Assembly: GCF_022045235.1 (NCBI RefSeq)
Contig: NW_027266297.1
Span: 69,626,001 to 69,690,000, forward strand
Reading direction: 5' to 3'
Length of the DNA stretch: 64,000 nucleotides
DNA from: Haliotis cracherodii
Lineage: Eukaryota
The notes below the pieces were generated by a model. It had not been told where the DNA came from. It did no database searches and saw only the letters and a program-made list of their open reading frames with translations. How positions within the stretch are numbered: position 1 is the first letter of the stretch; each line of letters opens with the position of its first letter. Both the position numbers and the translations under genes were made by a program. Positions 23,540 to 37,535 of the stretch are shown here, one piece after another.

Positions 23540-23740
23540 CTGGGAACATCGTCACATGAAGCAGCGTTATATCAAGATAGCACATTCAATCTTGCGTACA
23601 GCTGGAATACTAAAATTCACGTTAAACATACACAGTAAAACATACGCCGAAAAACTCACCCCGTAAAACACACACGGTAATTTTTTTCATAAAACACACC
23701 GTAATCACACTGTAAAACAGGCCATAACACATACAGTGTA

Positions 23741-24440
23741 TACCCATGTCGACCTTGACATGCTGATACTCACGTTATACACCTCCCGCATGTCGACCTT
23801 GACATGATGATACTCACGTTATACACCTCCCCATGTCGACCTTGACAAGCAGATACTCACGTTATACACCTACCCATGTCGACCTTGACAAGCAGATACT
23901 CACGTTATACACCGCCCCATGTCGACCTTGACATGCAGATACTCACGTTGTACACCTACCCATGTCGACCTTGACATGCAGATACTCACGTTATACACCT
24001 CCCCATGTCGACCTTGACATGCAGATACTCACGTTATACACCGCCCCATGTCGACCTTGACATGCAGATACTCACGTTATACACCTCCCCATATCGACCT
24101 TGACATGCAGATACTCACGTTATAGACCTCCCCATGTCGACCTTGACATGATGATACTCACGTTATACACCTCCCCATGTCGACCTTGACATGATGATAC
24201 TCACGTTATAGACCTCCCCATGTCGACCTTGACATGCAGATACTCACGTTATAGACCTCCCCATGTCGACCTTGACATGCAGATACTCACGTTATACACC
24301 TACCCATGTCGACCTTGACATGCAGATACTCACGTTATACACCTCCCCATGTCGACCTTGACATGCAGATACTCACGTTATACACCTCCCCATGTCGACC
24401 TTGACATGCAGATACTCACGTTATACACCTCCCTCATGTC
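23741..24440. repeat. 43-bp minisatellite (about 16 copies) derived from the annexin exon 6 donor junction
   Basis: Unit catgtcgaccttgacatgcagatactcacgttatacacctccc; the - strand carries AAC|GTGAGT in each copy. Confidence 0.95.
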
Positions 24441-24571
24441 GGCCTTGGCTGCCTCGTCATCCACCGCCTGCTCCTCCGATCTCCCGCCTTGCACGAGACC
24501 CACCAGCACGCGCTGGAAGTCACCTGACACCTCCGACTTGATGTCGTCTTCCAGGTCGGACTTGAACAACT
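24420..24571 (-). CDS. Annexin exon 6
   Basis: ELFKSDLEDDIKSEVSGDFQRVLVGLVQGGR...ADMREVYN; cgcag/gtgagt boundaries. Confidence 0.93.
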
Positions 24572-24762
24572 CTGCGAAGCAGGGGACATGACGCTACGGT
24601 GATGAAGACAGACGAACGTATACACACTGCAGGACATACGTGGTGGAGATGGTTTTTGAAAAAAGCCCATTTAGAGAGTTCCAGTCCACCAATCTATATT
24701 GTATGTACAAGATTTCAGGCAGGCCTTCGTTTACATCTGTGCAGAGACCATATCATGGTCTC

Positions 24763-25048
24763 TGATCTGTGGTATCGTATGTACAAGATTACAGACAGTC
24801 TGTGTCTACATCTGTGGTATCCTATGTACAAGATTACAGACAGTCTGTGTCTACATCTGTGGTATCGTATGTACAAGATTACAGACAGTCTGTGTCTACA
24901 TCTGTGGTATCCTATGTACAAGATTACAGACAGTCTGTGTCTACATCTATGATATCGTATGTACAAGATTACAGACTGTCTGTGTCTACATCTGTGGTAT
25001 CGTATGTACAAGATTACAGACAGTCTGTGTCTACATCTGTGGTATCGT
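24763..25048. repeat. 45-bp minisatellite (about 6 copies) in annexin intron 5
   Basis: Unit tctgtggtatcgtatgtacaagattacagacagtctgtgtctaca. Confidence 0.95.
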
Positions 25049-25080
25049 CTGCCCTGCATCTGTTTCTATCGTCTGCTCAC

Positions 25081-25168
25081 CTTTGTAGACAGTCTTGATG
25101 TCCTGGATCTCCATGTTGGACCTGGACACCAGGATGTCGATCAGGTGAGACTCCTTGGTGCCGAGTCT
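25081..25168 (-). CDS. Annexin exon 5
   Basis: RLGTKESHLIDILVSRSNMEIQDIKTVYK; tttcag/gtgagc boundaries. Confidence 0.93.
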
Positions 25169-25277
25169 CTGAAACAACGCCATCCTCATCATTAAAGTCA
25201 GTTCTGAGTAACCCAGCGTTCTTCAGACATTCATGTTACACAACACCAGTGTGTTACGCAGTCAACTAGTCACCTAC

Positions 25278-25391
25278 CTTCATGGCGTTCTTCAGACAGA
25301 ACGCATCGAAGTACCTTGCCGGCATCAACAGGTAGAGGCAGAGTGACTCGAAGTGACCCGCCAGCTCCGACTTCAGGTCCTCAATCAGATC
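25278..25391 (-). CDS. Annexin exon 4
   Basis: DLIEDLKSELAGHFESLCLYLLMPARYFDAFCLKNAMK; 114 nt, phase 0/0. Confidence 0.93.
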
Positions 25392-25948
25392 CTTGAAAAA
25401 CAGAGAACTGTTTCAGTAAATAATAATTTAGTTCGCAGACAATACACTGTATGTGTAGGAATGTGTTTAAATACTAATCGGAATATACATTTGGTGTCTA
25501 AACATGTTTAGGGTCTAAACACATGAAAGTATCTACAACAGTACTCACAGAGAAGTGGATGTCCAGGCTAGTATAACATGGCTCTAAATTTAAAACGACA
25601 TGGTATACTGGAACGACTGGAGTACCCTTTAAACATATTTTATTGACATATACTCCTTGCGTTGTGTTTTTATGAAATGTCAGTTAGTTCAGGAGATATA
25701 TCATTCCGTCAATTCAGCAAATTAAAACCCGTCATTCGTTTCTCCTATAACATGGAAGTAAACGTGCTGCTATACACAGTCATGCACATCGCTGTAGAGC
25801 TGTCTACGCCCTTACAGGCAGACCTGCACATTGTAAGCCAGTTTTAATACTTTTTCACACTCATGTTTTGTATTGCTTTACACACATACGACGCGGGGAT
25901 TCATTGACAAACGTCTGTACACCGTATCTACAGAATAAAAGTACGTAC

Positions 25949-26043
25949 CCTGCCGAAACATGTCTTGAACTTGTCTTTGATCTCCTGCCGCTGGGCGTTA
26001 TTGTGTTCCGTGAGAACCCGGATGATCTGGTGCTCGTCTGTGC
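25949..26043 (-). CDS. Annexin exon 3
   Basis: GTDEHQIIRVLTEHNNAQRQEIKDKFKTCFGR; ttgcag/gtacgt boundaries. Confidence 0.93.
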
Positions 26044-26242
26044 CTGCAACAACCACGTCTCCATGTTCACCAGCAGCCCATTGCATGGAGAGGGAAGGGT
26101 TAAGAAGCATATGCCATGTATCATTTTAAGGATGTTTCTTAGTGGTCAGAGGCGCCGTAACTCAATGTGAAGAGTTGCGTCCCTTCACCGCCACTCTGAC
26201 GGCGGTGGGCTCAATGTGAAGAGTTGCATCCCTTTACTGCCT

Positions 26243-26498
26243 GTTTCTTTGTTGTTTAACGCCACACTCAACAATATTCAAGATATATGACGGCGATCTG
26301 TAATAATTGAGTCTGGATCAGACATTTCAGTGATTGACATCATGCGCATCGGCCCACGCGATTGGGATCGATGACATGCATCAACCAAGTCAGCGAGCCT
26401 GATACCCGATCCCGTTAGTCGCCTCTTAGGACAAGCATAGTCGCATTTTACGTCAAGCATGGGTTGCTGAAGACCTATTCTACCCCGGATCTTCACAT
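26243..26498 (-). mobile_element. Short retroposon family B copy
   Basis: Aligns with the 21279 copy; a further partial copy lies at about 27257-27410. Confidence 0.8.
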
Positions 26499-27784
26499 GT
26501 CCCTTTGTGAGGGCAGTGGGCTCAAGTTGCGTCCCTTTCCCGCCACTATATGACGGCGGTGGGTTAGAATCCTATGTAGGGATCCCATTTGAGTCAACAC
26601 AATATTCGTGTTCGTGGGTTTGACAAAAGAGACATATAGATCTACTACCTACGTCAAAATACTTATCATAGCAACAACCCAACCCAAATATACCCATGTG
26701 ATGGCAGCTCTATGACTTAGTATTGTGTTGCCATACTGTACTGGACTGATAGGTAGCCAAGTAGTTAAAGCGTTCGCTCGTCGGGCAGAAGACTCAGGTG
26801 TAATTCCTCACATGGGTACAATGCGTGAAGCCCATTTTTGTACTTCCCCGCCGATATACTGCTGGAATATGAGCTTTAAAGATTTAAGTTCGCTAAAAAA
26901 TAATTGATTGTTTAACTGTTTTGTTAACGATTAATTTTTGGAATGGCAACAATTTTTTTTTTTTTTTTTTATAAATGGCTTCCCAATCATGCAAATGGAA
27001 AAGTTAAAACGTGTTTTTGAACGTGAGATGAATGTATCATATATACCTCTTGACCTAAACGGTAAGAGTTAAACACGGTTAGAGTTAAACTTCGTAGTTG
27101 TGGCGTTCACAGGCTATTTTAACCTACTCATAAACCAGAATCTATATACGATATATGGACTCTGCATTAACTAACCAAAAACAATTCCGACGAACAATAA
27201 AGAAAACTGAAGTGGTCTTACGTGTGGACGGACCTGGGTGTCCCGTACACGAAGTATTGTTTGTTGTCTAACGCCGCATATCAGCAATATTCCAGCTATA
27301 TGATGGCGGTCTGTCAATAATCGAGTCCGGACCAGATAATCCAGTGCTTGATACCATGAGCTTCGACCCATGCAATTGGGATAGGATGACATGCATCAAC
27401 TAAGTCAACTAACTCAAAAGGTCATTTCATACCATAAGGGACACCAACATTTAGAATTAGTACATGCGCAAACGTATGTCTTTGGACTGGTGAATGAACT
27501 AAGGGAACGGCTCTGTCGTGCGAAGCGTGTTGTGACAAAAGATTATGTGATTCACAAGAGCGCCTGGTATTCTTGAGTCAGGTGTTGAACACACCCGATA
27601 TTTCCATGTGGCGATGTGATATACAAAGCACATATCTTGACCAAGCAGTAGACACATCTTCTGCAATATTGGTCGCTATATGGGTGGAATAATGCCGATG
27701 CGACGTTAAATTTTAACTCACTCACTCTACAATATTGCCTCGTGTTCCTTATTTTCCGCCGTCAGTATATGTGATAAATCTCAC

Positions 27785-27866
27785 CCAGTCCCTTCATGGC
27801 CTTGCGGAGGCGGCTAGCTGCATCCTCGGAGTTGAAGGAGGCGGGGTCCGTCCCTCGGATTGTACC
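27785..27866 (-). CDS. Annexin exon 2
   Basis: GTIRGTDPASFNSEDAASRLRKAMKGLG; cttcag/gtgaga boundaries. Confidence 0.93.
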
Positions 27867-28719
27867 CTGAAGCGAAGTGAACACGTGGATGCAGCAACGT
27901 CTTGAACTGCCTCCCTACATCTACTCCAGCTGCAGGTTTACAACTACATGATTGGATGGTAGTGGCAGAGATGAAAAATATATAAATATGTTTTTATCGA
28001 CCTAGAATCTACATCATATTTTTTTAATATTATGTTAATTGTCAGAGACATGAATTGTTCCATGGAAGGGCCCCTGATAACATAAAATTCGTGGAGGAAG
28101 AAGGTGGGTAGAAACTGTATCATTGTCGTTGTGTTGACGACAGGTGTTGCTTGCCAATTTCAATTGAGGACATTACTCCCTAAAGACTTCCTCCCATTAT
28201 ATACATATACACGTAAAGATTATATCCTAACGCTGAACATTGTCAAAATTTAACAGAAGTTGAAACTATATACTTGGAAAAAGGCGTTTTAAAGTGTGAG
28301 CAATGATGCATAAATCGGATAAAAGGGAGACAACTGCGTGATCGCTGTGCGCATTCCTCCGTGGTTACTGATGGGATATTGTGCAAGGATTAACGCGTAC
28401 ATTAGCGGCGCACGAGTATCGGGTCAGGTGTAATCCCAATATATTGTATCAGAAATCTGCGTTAAATACGTACAGGGAGGATGTCAACTGTCAGTGGTTA
28501 TTTAAGGGCCTTGTTTCCGCATTATCCAAACATTGTTTACATTAGCAACCAAATCTCATCAGTGATCACACTTTCTGTCTCACTTATACATCAAAAGCAG
28601 ACGGCAAACCCCACAGCAGACGACCCAACCACGTCACCCACGTGAGATAAGGCCTGTTATTACATGGTTTGATTGGGCATGTAAGTGGATGATTATGTCA
28701 TATAGAATGTTTTACTCAC

Positions 28720-28740
28720 TTGACAGTAGGAAGCAGCCAT
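28720..28740 (-). CDS. Annexin exon 1 coding part (MAASYCQ); short-N-terminus annexin, 332 aa in total
   Basis: acgATGG context, donor CAA|gtgagt, phase 0 joins exon 2; subfamily not resolvable by eye. Confidence 0.75.
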
Positions 28741-28984
28741 CGTTGCGTGTGGAACTGATCGATATCGTTCAGTCATGTGACCAACCTGTTGTCCGGTGTT
28801 GCATAGTAAACCCCTCCATGGTTGTAGGATAAACAGAATAACGTCCCAGTGCCTCTCCGTAGTGGGGCGAGAGGGGCCACATTGAACGCGCCACAATGCG
28901 GAGGGGGGACTCAAAGACGTAGCGACAATGATGTATTGAATTCGCCTCGAATTGAAATGATTGAAAAGTATTGACACACTATTA

Positions 28985-31867
28985 AATTAATAACCCAGTT
29001 TGTGTCAGCCTACAGACGTATTTCATTAACGCTGACTGTGTCAGCCTACAGGCGTATCACATTAACCCACTTTGTGTCAGCCTACAGACGTATTTCATTA
29101 ACGCCTACTGTGTCAGCCTACAGACGTATTACATTAACGCCTACTGTGTCAGCCTACAGACGTATTACATTAACCCTGACTGTGTCAGCCTACAGAGGTA
29201 TTACATTAACCCTGACTGTGTCAGCCTACAGACGTATTACATTAACCCTGACTGTATCAGCCTACAGACGTATTACATTAACCCTGATTGTGTCAGCCTA
29301 CAGACGTATTACATTAACGCTGATTGTGTCAGCCTACAGACGTATTAGATTAACCCTGACTGTGTCAGCCTACAGACGTATTACATTAACCCTGATTGTG
29401 TCAGCCTACAGACGTATTACATTAACCCTGACTGTGTCAGCCTACAGACGTATTACATTAACCCTGACTGTGTCAGCCTACAGACGTATTACATTAACCC
29501 TGATTGTGTCAGCCTACAGACGTATTACATTAACCCTGACTGTGTTAGCCTACAGACGTATTACATTAACCCTGACTGTGTCAGCCTACAGACGTATTAC
29601 ATTAACCCTGATTGTGTCAGCCTACATACGTTTTACATTAACCCTGACTGTGTTAGCCTACAGACGTATTACATTAACGCTGACTGTGTCAGCCTACAGA
29701 CGTATTACATTAACCCTGACTGTGTCAGCCTACAGACGTATTACATTAACCCACTTTGTGTCAGCCTACAGACGTATTACATTAGCCCTGATTGTGTCAG
29801 CCTACAGACGTTTTACATTAACCCTGATTGTGTCAGCCTACAGACGTATTACATTAACCCTGACTGTGTTAGCCTACAGACGTATTACATTAACCCTGAC
29901 TGTGTCAGCCTACAGACGTATTACATTAACCCTGACTGTGTCAGCATACAGAGGTATTACATTAACCCTGACTGTGTCAGCCTACAGAGGTATTACATTA
30001 ACGCTGACTGTGTCAGCCTACAGACGTATTACATTAACCCTGATTGTGTCAGCCTACAGACGTTTTACATTAACCCTGACTGTGTCAGCCTACAGAGGTA
30101 TTATATTAACCCTGATTGTGTCAGCCTACAGACGTATTACATTAACCCTTATTGTGTCAGCCTACAGACGTATTACATTAACCCTGACTGTGTCAGCCTA
30201 CAGAGGTATTACATTAACGCTGACTGTGTCAGCCTACAGACGTATTACATTAACCCTGATTGTGTCAGCCTACAGACGTTTTACATTAACCCTGACTGTG
30301 TCAGCCTACAGACGTATTACATTAACGCTGACTGTGTCAGCCTACAGACGTATTACATTAACCCTGACTGTGTCAGCCTACAGACGTATTACATTAACCC
30401 TGTGTCAGCCTACAGACGTATTACATTAACGCTGATTGTGTCAGCCTACAGACGTATTACATTAACGCTGACTGTGTCAGCCTACAGACGTATAACATTA
30501 ACGCTGACTGTGTCAGCCTACAGACGTATTACATTAACCCTGATTGTGTCAGCCTACAGACGTTTTACATTAACCCTGATTGTGTCAGCCTACAGACGTA
30601 TTACATTAACCCTGACTGTGACAGCCTACAGACGTATTACATTAACGCTGACCATGTCAGCCTACAGGCGTATTACATTAACCCTGACTGTGTCAGCCTA
30701 CAGATGTGTTACTTTAACGCTGACTGTGTCAGCCTACAGACGTATTACATTAACCCTGATTGTGTCAGCCTACAGACGTATTACATTAACCCTGATTGTG
30801 TCAGCCTACAGACGTATTACATTAACCCTGATTGTGTCAGCCTACAGACGTTTTACATTAACCCTGACTGTGTTAGCCTACAGACGTATTACATTAACCC
30901 TGATTGTGTCAGCCTACAGACGTATTACATTAACGCTGATTGTGTCAGCCTACAGACGTATTAGATTAACCCTGACTGTGTCAGCCTACAGACGTATTAC
31001 ATTAACGCTGATTGTGTCAGCCAACAGACGTATTACATTAACCCTGACTGTGTCAGCCTACAGACGTATTACATTAACCCTGACTGTGTCAGCCTACAGA
31101 CGTATTACATTAACCCTGATTGTGTCAGCCTACAGACGTATTCCATTAACCCTGACTGTGTCAGCCTACAGACGTATTACATTAACCCTGATTGTGTCAG
31201 CCTACAGACGTATTACATTAACCCTGACTGTGTCAGCCTACAGACGTATTACATTAACCCTGACTGTGTCAGCCTACAGAGGTATTACATTAACGCTGAC
31301 TGTGTCAGCCTACAGACGTATTACATTAACCCTGATTGTGTCAGCCTACAGACGTTTTACACTAACCCTGACTGTGTCAGCCTACAGACGTATTACATTA
31401 ACCCTGATTGTGTCAGCCTACAGACGTTTTACATTAACCCTGACTGTGTTAGCCTACAGACGTATTACATTAACCATGATTGTGTCAGCCTACAGACGTA
31501 TTACATTAACCCTGACTGTGTCAGCCTACAGACGTATTACATTAACCCTGATTGTGTCAGCCTACAGACGTTTTACATTAACCCTGACTGTGTTAGCCTA
31601 CAGACGTATTACATTAACCATGATTGTGTCAGCCTACAGACGTATTACATTAACCCTGATTGTGTCAGCCTACAGACGTATTACATTAACGCTGATTGTG
31701 TCAGCCTACAGACGTATTAGATTAACCCTGACTGTGTCAGCCTACAGACGTATTACATTAACGCTGATTGTGTCAGCCAACAGACGTATTACATTAACCC
31801 TGACTGTGTCAGCCTACAGACGTATTACATTAACCCTGACTATGTCAGCCTACAGACGTATTACATT
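28985..31867. repeat. 39-bp minisatellite (about 73 copies)
   Basis: Unit with core tgtgtcagcctacagacgtattacattaaccctgac. Confidence 0.97.
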
Positions 31868-32954
31868 TAGTGACAGGTTATGTATTGGAGCAGGGCGGAG
31901 GTCACATGATTATCAGGAGATGAGCTTCACAAGTGTTTGGGAATCAAACCCATATTGTCTTCGAGATGAGCGTGCTCAACACCGTATCCATCTGCAACCC
32001 AGTCCTGTAATGCCATTGTCTTTAAGATAAGTCGAAGTTAATACACGAGACCTCAATAAAGGATATATTATAACACAGGTAAGTGGAATTATTTGTAGAA
32101 CTACCCAGCATATTTGTTACACCTCTTCAAGTTAAACCACTCATGTTACATTCCTGCCCAATGACACACCCGGTCTGCTGCACGAATGTAATTATAGGAC
32201 ATGCACTCACAGTGTAATGTTGTCATGGAACCCGCGATTTTTTTAGCGTCTCTTCATCCATACTTAATACCCTAATGCTCGAGTGTGAAGGTCAGATGGG
32301 GGAATGACAGTTGGACCTGAACAATGTTTCAGTTCTTTACTTTAAATACACCCTTATTATAAGTACTGAACATCATGTAATAACATATTAATATGTACAC
32401 AGTGAGATATAAGTAAGGCCAGCCTCTCGCGTGCAGTTGGCGGAAGCTGCGTGTTTTAGGAACTATTTTCACCATCTAATCCTCCTTTAACTCGGCTTTT
32501 GTGAGTGTAATGATATTTGCATGTTGTGTAACGACGTAAACAGAAATATTACAGCTATTCATCACGACAGTCTGGATGAGACATGGCCTTCCCAAGGGCG
32601 ATGTTAGTGTCACGTAATCAATCCCCTGCACTAACGAGGATTCCATGGCAGCAGCGATAGCAGGATCTAGGGTCGATATGGTGAGCTCCAACCTAATGAC
32701 ACTAGAAAACATTGTCAGGAAGATTTGAGACCTCCATCGGTAAATGATTAAACACTTTCTGTGAGGGTGGGTGCCTAACATTTGAAGTTGCATTAGTGAA
32801 GAAATATCGAAAAAATAAGATATATAAAGGTTTTATTTACGTACACAATTATATATTTTGAAAAGATGAATCTGCGTCCCGCGTACCGCACAGATGGGTT
32901 CCGAATACCCTCTAAATAGACCCCTGAATCGTTGCAGCCCAGCCCCGGGAGACA

Positions 32955-35340
32955 ACCTACGCCCAGGCTACACCCGAGCAACTTCCTACATCCGAGCTAC
33001 ACCCTATACCCGACCTACACCCTACACTTGGGGTGCAAAATACACCCAGGTTACACCCTACACCCGGTCTACACCCTATACCCGACCTACACCCTACACT
33101 TGGGGTGCAAAATACACCCAGGTTACACCCTACAACCGGGCTACACCCTATACCCTACACTCATGCTACACCCTAAACTTGGGATGCAAAAAACACCCCG
33201 TCTACACCCTACACCCGAGCTACACCCTACAACCGAGCTACGACCTACACCCGAGCTATACCCTACACCCGGGCTACACCCTACACTCGAGCCACACCCT
33301 ACACCCCTGCTACACTTTACACCTGACCTACATCTACACCCGGGCTACACCCTACATCCGAGCTACACCCTAAAACCGAGTTACACCCTACATCCGAGCT
33401 ACACCCGAGCTTTACCCTACACCCGAGCTACACCCTACACCCGAGCTACACCCTACACCCGAATTACACCCTACACTCGAGCTACACCCTACACCCGAGC
33501 TACACCCTACACCCGAGCTACACCCTACACCCGAGCTACACCCTACATCCGAGGTACACCCGAGCTATACCCTACACCCGAGCTACACCCTACACCCGAG
33601 CTACACCCTACATCCGAGCTACACCCGAGCTACACCCTACACCCGAGCTACACCCTACATCCGAGCTACACCCGAGCTACACCCTACACCCGAGCTACAC
33701 CCTACACCCGAGCTACACCCTACACTCGAGCCACACCCTACACCCGAGCTACACCCTACACCCGAGCTACACCCTACACCCGAGCTACGACCTACACCCG
33801 AGCTACACCCTACACTCGAGCTACACCCTACACCCGAGCTACGACCTACACCCGAGCCACACCCTACACTCGAGCTACACTCTACACCCGAGCTACACCC
33901 TACACCCGAGCTACGACCTACACCCGAGCTATACCCTACACCCGAGCTACACTCTACACTCGAGCTACACCCGAGCTACGAGATACACCCGAGCTACACC
34001 CTACACCCGAGCTACACCCTACACCCGAGCCACACCCTACACCCGAGCTACACCCTACACCCGAGCTACACCCTACACCCGAGCTACACCCTACACCCGA
34101 GCTACGACCTACACCCGAGCTACACCCTACACCCGAGCTACACCCTACACCCGAGCTACGACCTACACCCGAGCCACACCCTACGCTCGAGCTACACCCT
34201 ACACCCGAGCTACACCCTACACTCGAGCCACACCCTACACCCGAGCTACACCCTACACCCGAGCTACACCCTACACCCGAGCTACGACCTACACCCGAGC
34301 TACACCCTACACCCGAGCTACACCCTACACCCGAGCTACGACCTACACCCGAGCCACACCCTACGCTCGAGCTACACTCTACACCAGAGCTACACCCTAC
34401 ACCCGAGCTACACCCTACACCCGAGCTACGACCTACACCCGAGCTATACCCTACACCCGAGCTACACCCTACACCCGAGCTACACCCTACACCCGAGCTA
34501 CACCCTACACCTGAGCTACACCCTACACCCAAGCTACACCCTACACCCGAGCTACACTCTACACCCGAGCTACACCCGAGCTACACTCTACACTCGAGCC
34601 ACACCCTACGTCCGAGTTACACCCTACATCCGGGCTACACCCTACATCCGGGTTACACCCTACACTCGAGCCACACCCTACGCCCGAGTTACACCCTACA
34701 TCCGGGCTACACCCTACATCCGGGTTACACTCTACACCCGAGTTACACCCTACACCCGAGCTACACCCTACACTCGAGCTACACCCTACACCCGGGTTAC
34801 ATCCTACACCCGGGTTACACCCTACATCCGGGTTACATCCTACACCCGGGTTACATCCTACACCCGGGTTACATCCTACACCCGGGCTACACCCTACATC
34901 CGGGTTACACCCTACACCCGAGCTACACCCTACACCCGGGTTACATCCTACACCCGAGCTATACCCTACATCCGGGTTACACCCTACATCCGGGCTACAC
35001 CCTACACCGAGTTACACCCTACATCCGGGTTACACCCTACATCCGGGCTACACCCTACACCCGAGCTACACCCTACATCCGAGCTACACCCTACACCCGA
35101 GCTTCACCCTACATCCGGGTTACACTCTACACCCGAGCTACACCCTACATCCGAGCTACACCCTACACCCGGGTTACACTCTACACCCGGGTTACATCCT
35201 ACACCCGAGCTATACCCTACATCCGGGTTACACCCTACACTCGAGCCACACCCTACACCCGTACACCCTACATCTGGGGTGCAAATTACAACCATGATAC
35301 ACCCTACACCCGAGCTACACCCTACATCCGGGCTACAAAA
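32955..35340. repeat. 18-bp minisatellite (about 130 copies)
   Basis: Unit ctacacccgagctacacc and variants. Confidence 0.97.
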
Positions 35341-37034
35341 TACATCCAGGATACGGGGCTCTACTTGGATGATGTCATACGAGCTGCCGCTTTCTGGTCC
35401 CATGTTGGTCCAATCCCAATGTGCCTGTATCCCAATTTGCCTACGGATATTACTTTTGGCACATTGGGAACTCACTTTCATCCCTATTGATTTAAATGGA
35501 CTGATCCACTGCAAAGAGAAAAGCGTGAGGATAAATGTTTAAAATTTGTTTGTCAATATCTGCAAGGTAGACGCGTGCTGTTGAAGAGGCATGTATAAAC
35601 TGTTAGTAACAAACTGACTAGAGGAATTAAATACTTATTACTGTATAAACGACAACGACAAAAAATATACAACCAATCACAGCAGCTAACTATTTTTAAG
35701 ATCAATGCAATTTACGTTTTAATCCACTATTGTTCCAGCACACCAGACGGAGACGGATCCCAGTCCTGGATAAACTGGCAGTGCGTCTTCAACTGAGTAG
35801 GGGTGTTAGTACATAGGACTGTGTACACTTATTTTCAGGATCCATGCGTCAACATTTGACTGAAAACACGATGCCATTTAGCAAATGGTCAGATGTAACA
35901 GATGTTATATTTGGGATAACACTTTCTTAGTAAAGTACAGGTTGTAGTACTATTAAAGTACTAACATTTGTTACATATGACCACTTTATAAAAGGCAATG
36001 TGCTCATATCTTTCGGCCATGGGAGCCGTGCCAATTTCCAGAGGGCTACACAAAGTGTCAGACTTTCATTTCTTGTGGAAGCCTTGTGGCTGAGTGGGTT
36101 AGATCGCTGACTTTATGAGCTGGGGAGTAGGTGTCTCACTCTGACAGTGTGGGTTCGAATCCGGGATGGGACTCAAATCCAGAAGCACTAGAGTCTATAA
36201 GACAGTGTTATCCAAATTTACTGACTTTTACTGACATCAGACTGAAAAGTACAAACTAGATTTTGGCAAGTGCCCGTCAAACGTGTATGCACGTTGAGAC
36301 TGTAGGCACGTTGAGAAGACACCTGGTGCTGTGTCCAGGCGAGCTGCAATGCCACTGTCGTTGCTGATGCTGCTGGCAAGCCATGTGGGTTATTATATAA
36401 TTGGAATATTACGGCATCAGTAACTGCCCTACCGCCACGACGTTCAGACCACCCCGTGTGATATTCAGGTGATCTTGATACGTTGTTTTGACGACGCAAA
36501 CCGCCTGGGTACATAGCTATTTCTTGGACCAGGGAATCTGGATACGGGAGTGCTTTGAAGATGCATGCCAGTAACGGATGTCTTGCCAACGGTAACACTG
36601 ATTCAGCCTTGTTACCGTATTAAGTGATTTCACAACATAAGTAAACCAGGTTTTAATGTGCACGAAAACCTCGTATTCTTCGCTGATGTTGTAATTGGGT
36701 ATTTATGACCTTCTGCATCTCGTTTCAACTCTCTCTCACGATACATTTGCCCTTAACCATGTTCTCAGCGCTTAATTATACAAGCTCATGCACGGAATAA
36801 TTCCCGTATAGAAACAGTCCACGTGGAGGTGTGGATTGCCTGGGAACGGGTATTAAAGGGGTGCACGGTTCCCTCTCCTGGGAAACTCATTATGGCGCAG
36901 GGGAGGTAATATGTATTGATCAGGGGGTATTGATACAGGGAAGACTTACATGCAGCTGAAAGCGACAGTATCGGCGTGGCCATTACCAACAGATTAGGGT
37001 GGTATTAGCCAGAGTATGTCCGGGCTGGGTGATA

Positions 37035-37535
37035 TGATCCATGTACACAGGTTGTAGACGGTGTGAGATGTATACTATCCATGTGCAAGGGCTGTAGACG
37101 ATGTGAGATGTACACTATCCATGTGCAAGGGTTGAAGACGGTGTGAGATGTACACTATCCATGTGCAAGGGTTGTGGACGATGTGAGATGTATACTATCC
37201 GTGTGCAAGAGCCGTGGACGATGTGAGATTACACTATCCATGTACACGGGTTGTAGACGATGTGAGATGTACACTATCCATGTGCAAGGGTTGTAGACGA
37301 TGTGAGATGTACACTATCCATGTGCAAGGGTTGTGGACGATGTGAGATGTATACTATCCAAATGCAAGGGTTGTGGACGATATGAGATGTACACTATCCA
37401 TGTGCAAGAGCCGTGGACGATGCAAGATGTACACTACCCATGTGCAAGGGTTGTAGACGATGTGAAATGTACACTATCCATGTGCAAGGGTTGTGGACGG
37501 TATGACGTGTTTGTCATCCACATGCAAGGGTTGTG
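37035..37535. repeat. 40-bp minisatellite (about 12 copies)
   Basis: Unit atccatgtgcaagggttgtagacgatgtgagatgtacact. Confidence 0.95.

Noticed and set aside
29002-35490. Very long ORFs (475, 542 and 852 aa) with repetitive peptides
   Set aside because: They result from 39-bp and 18-bp tandem units (multiples of 3) lacking stops; frames shift mid-array and there is no splice or codon evidence.
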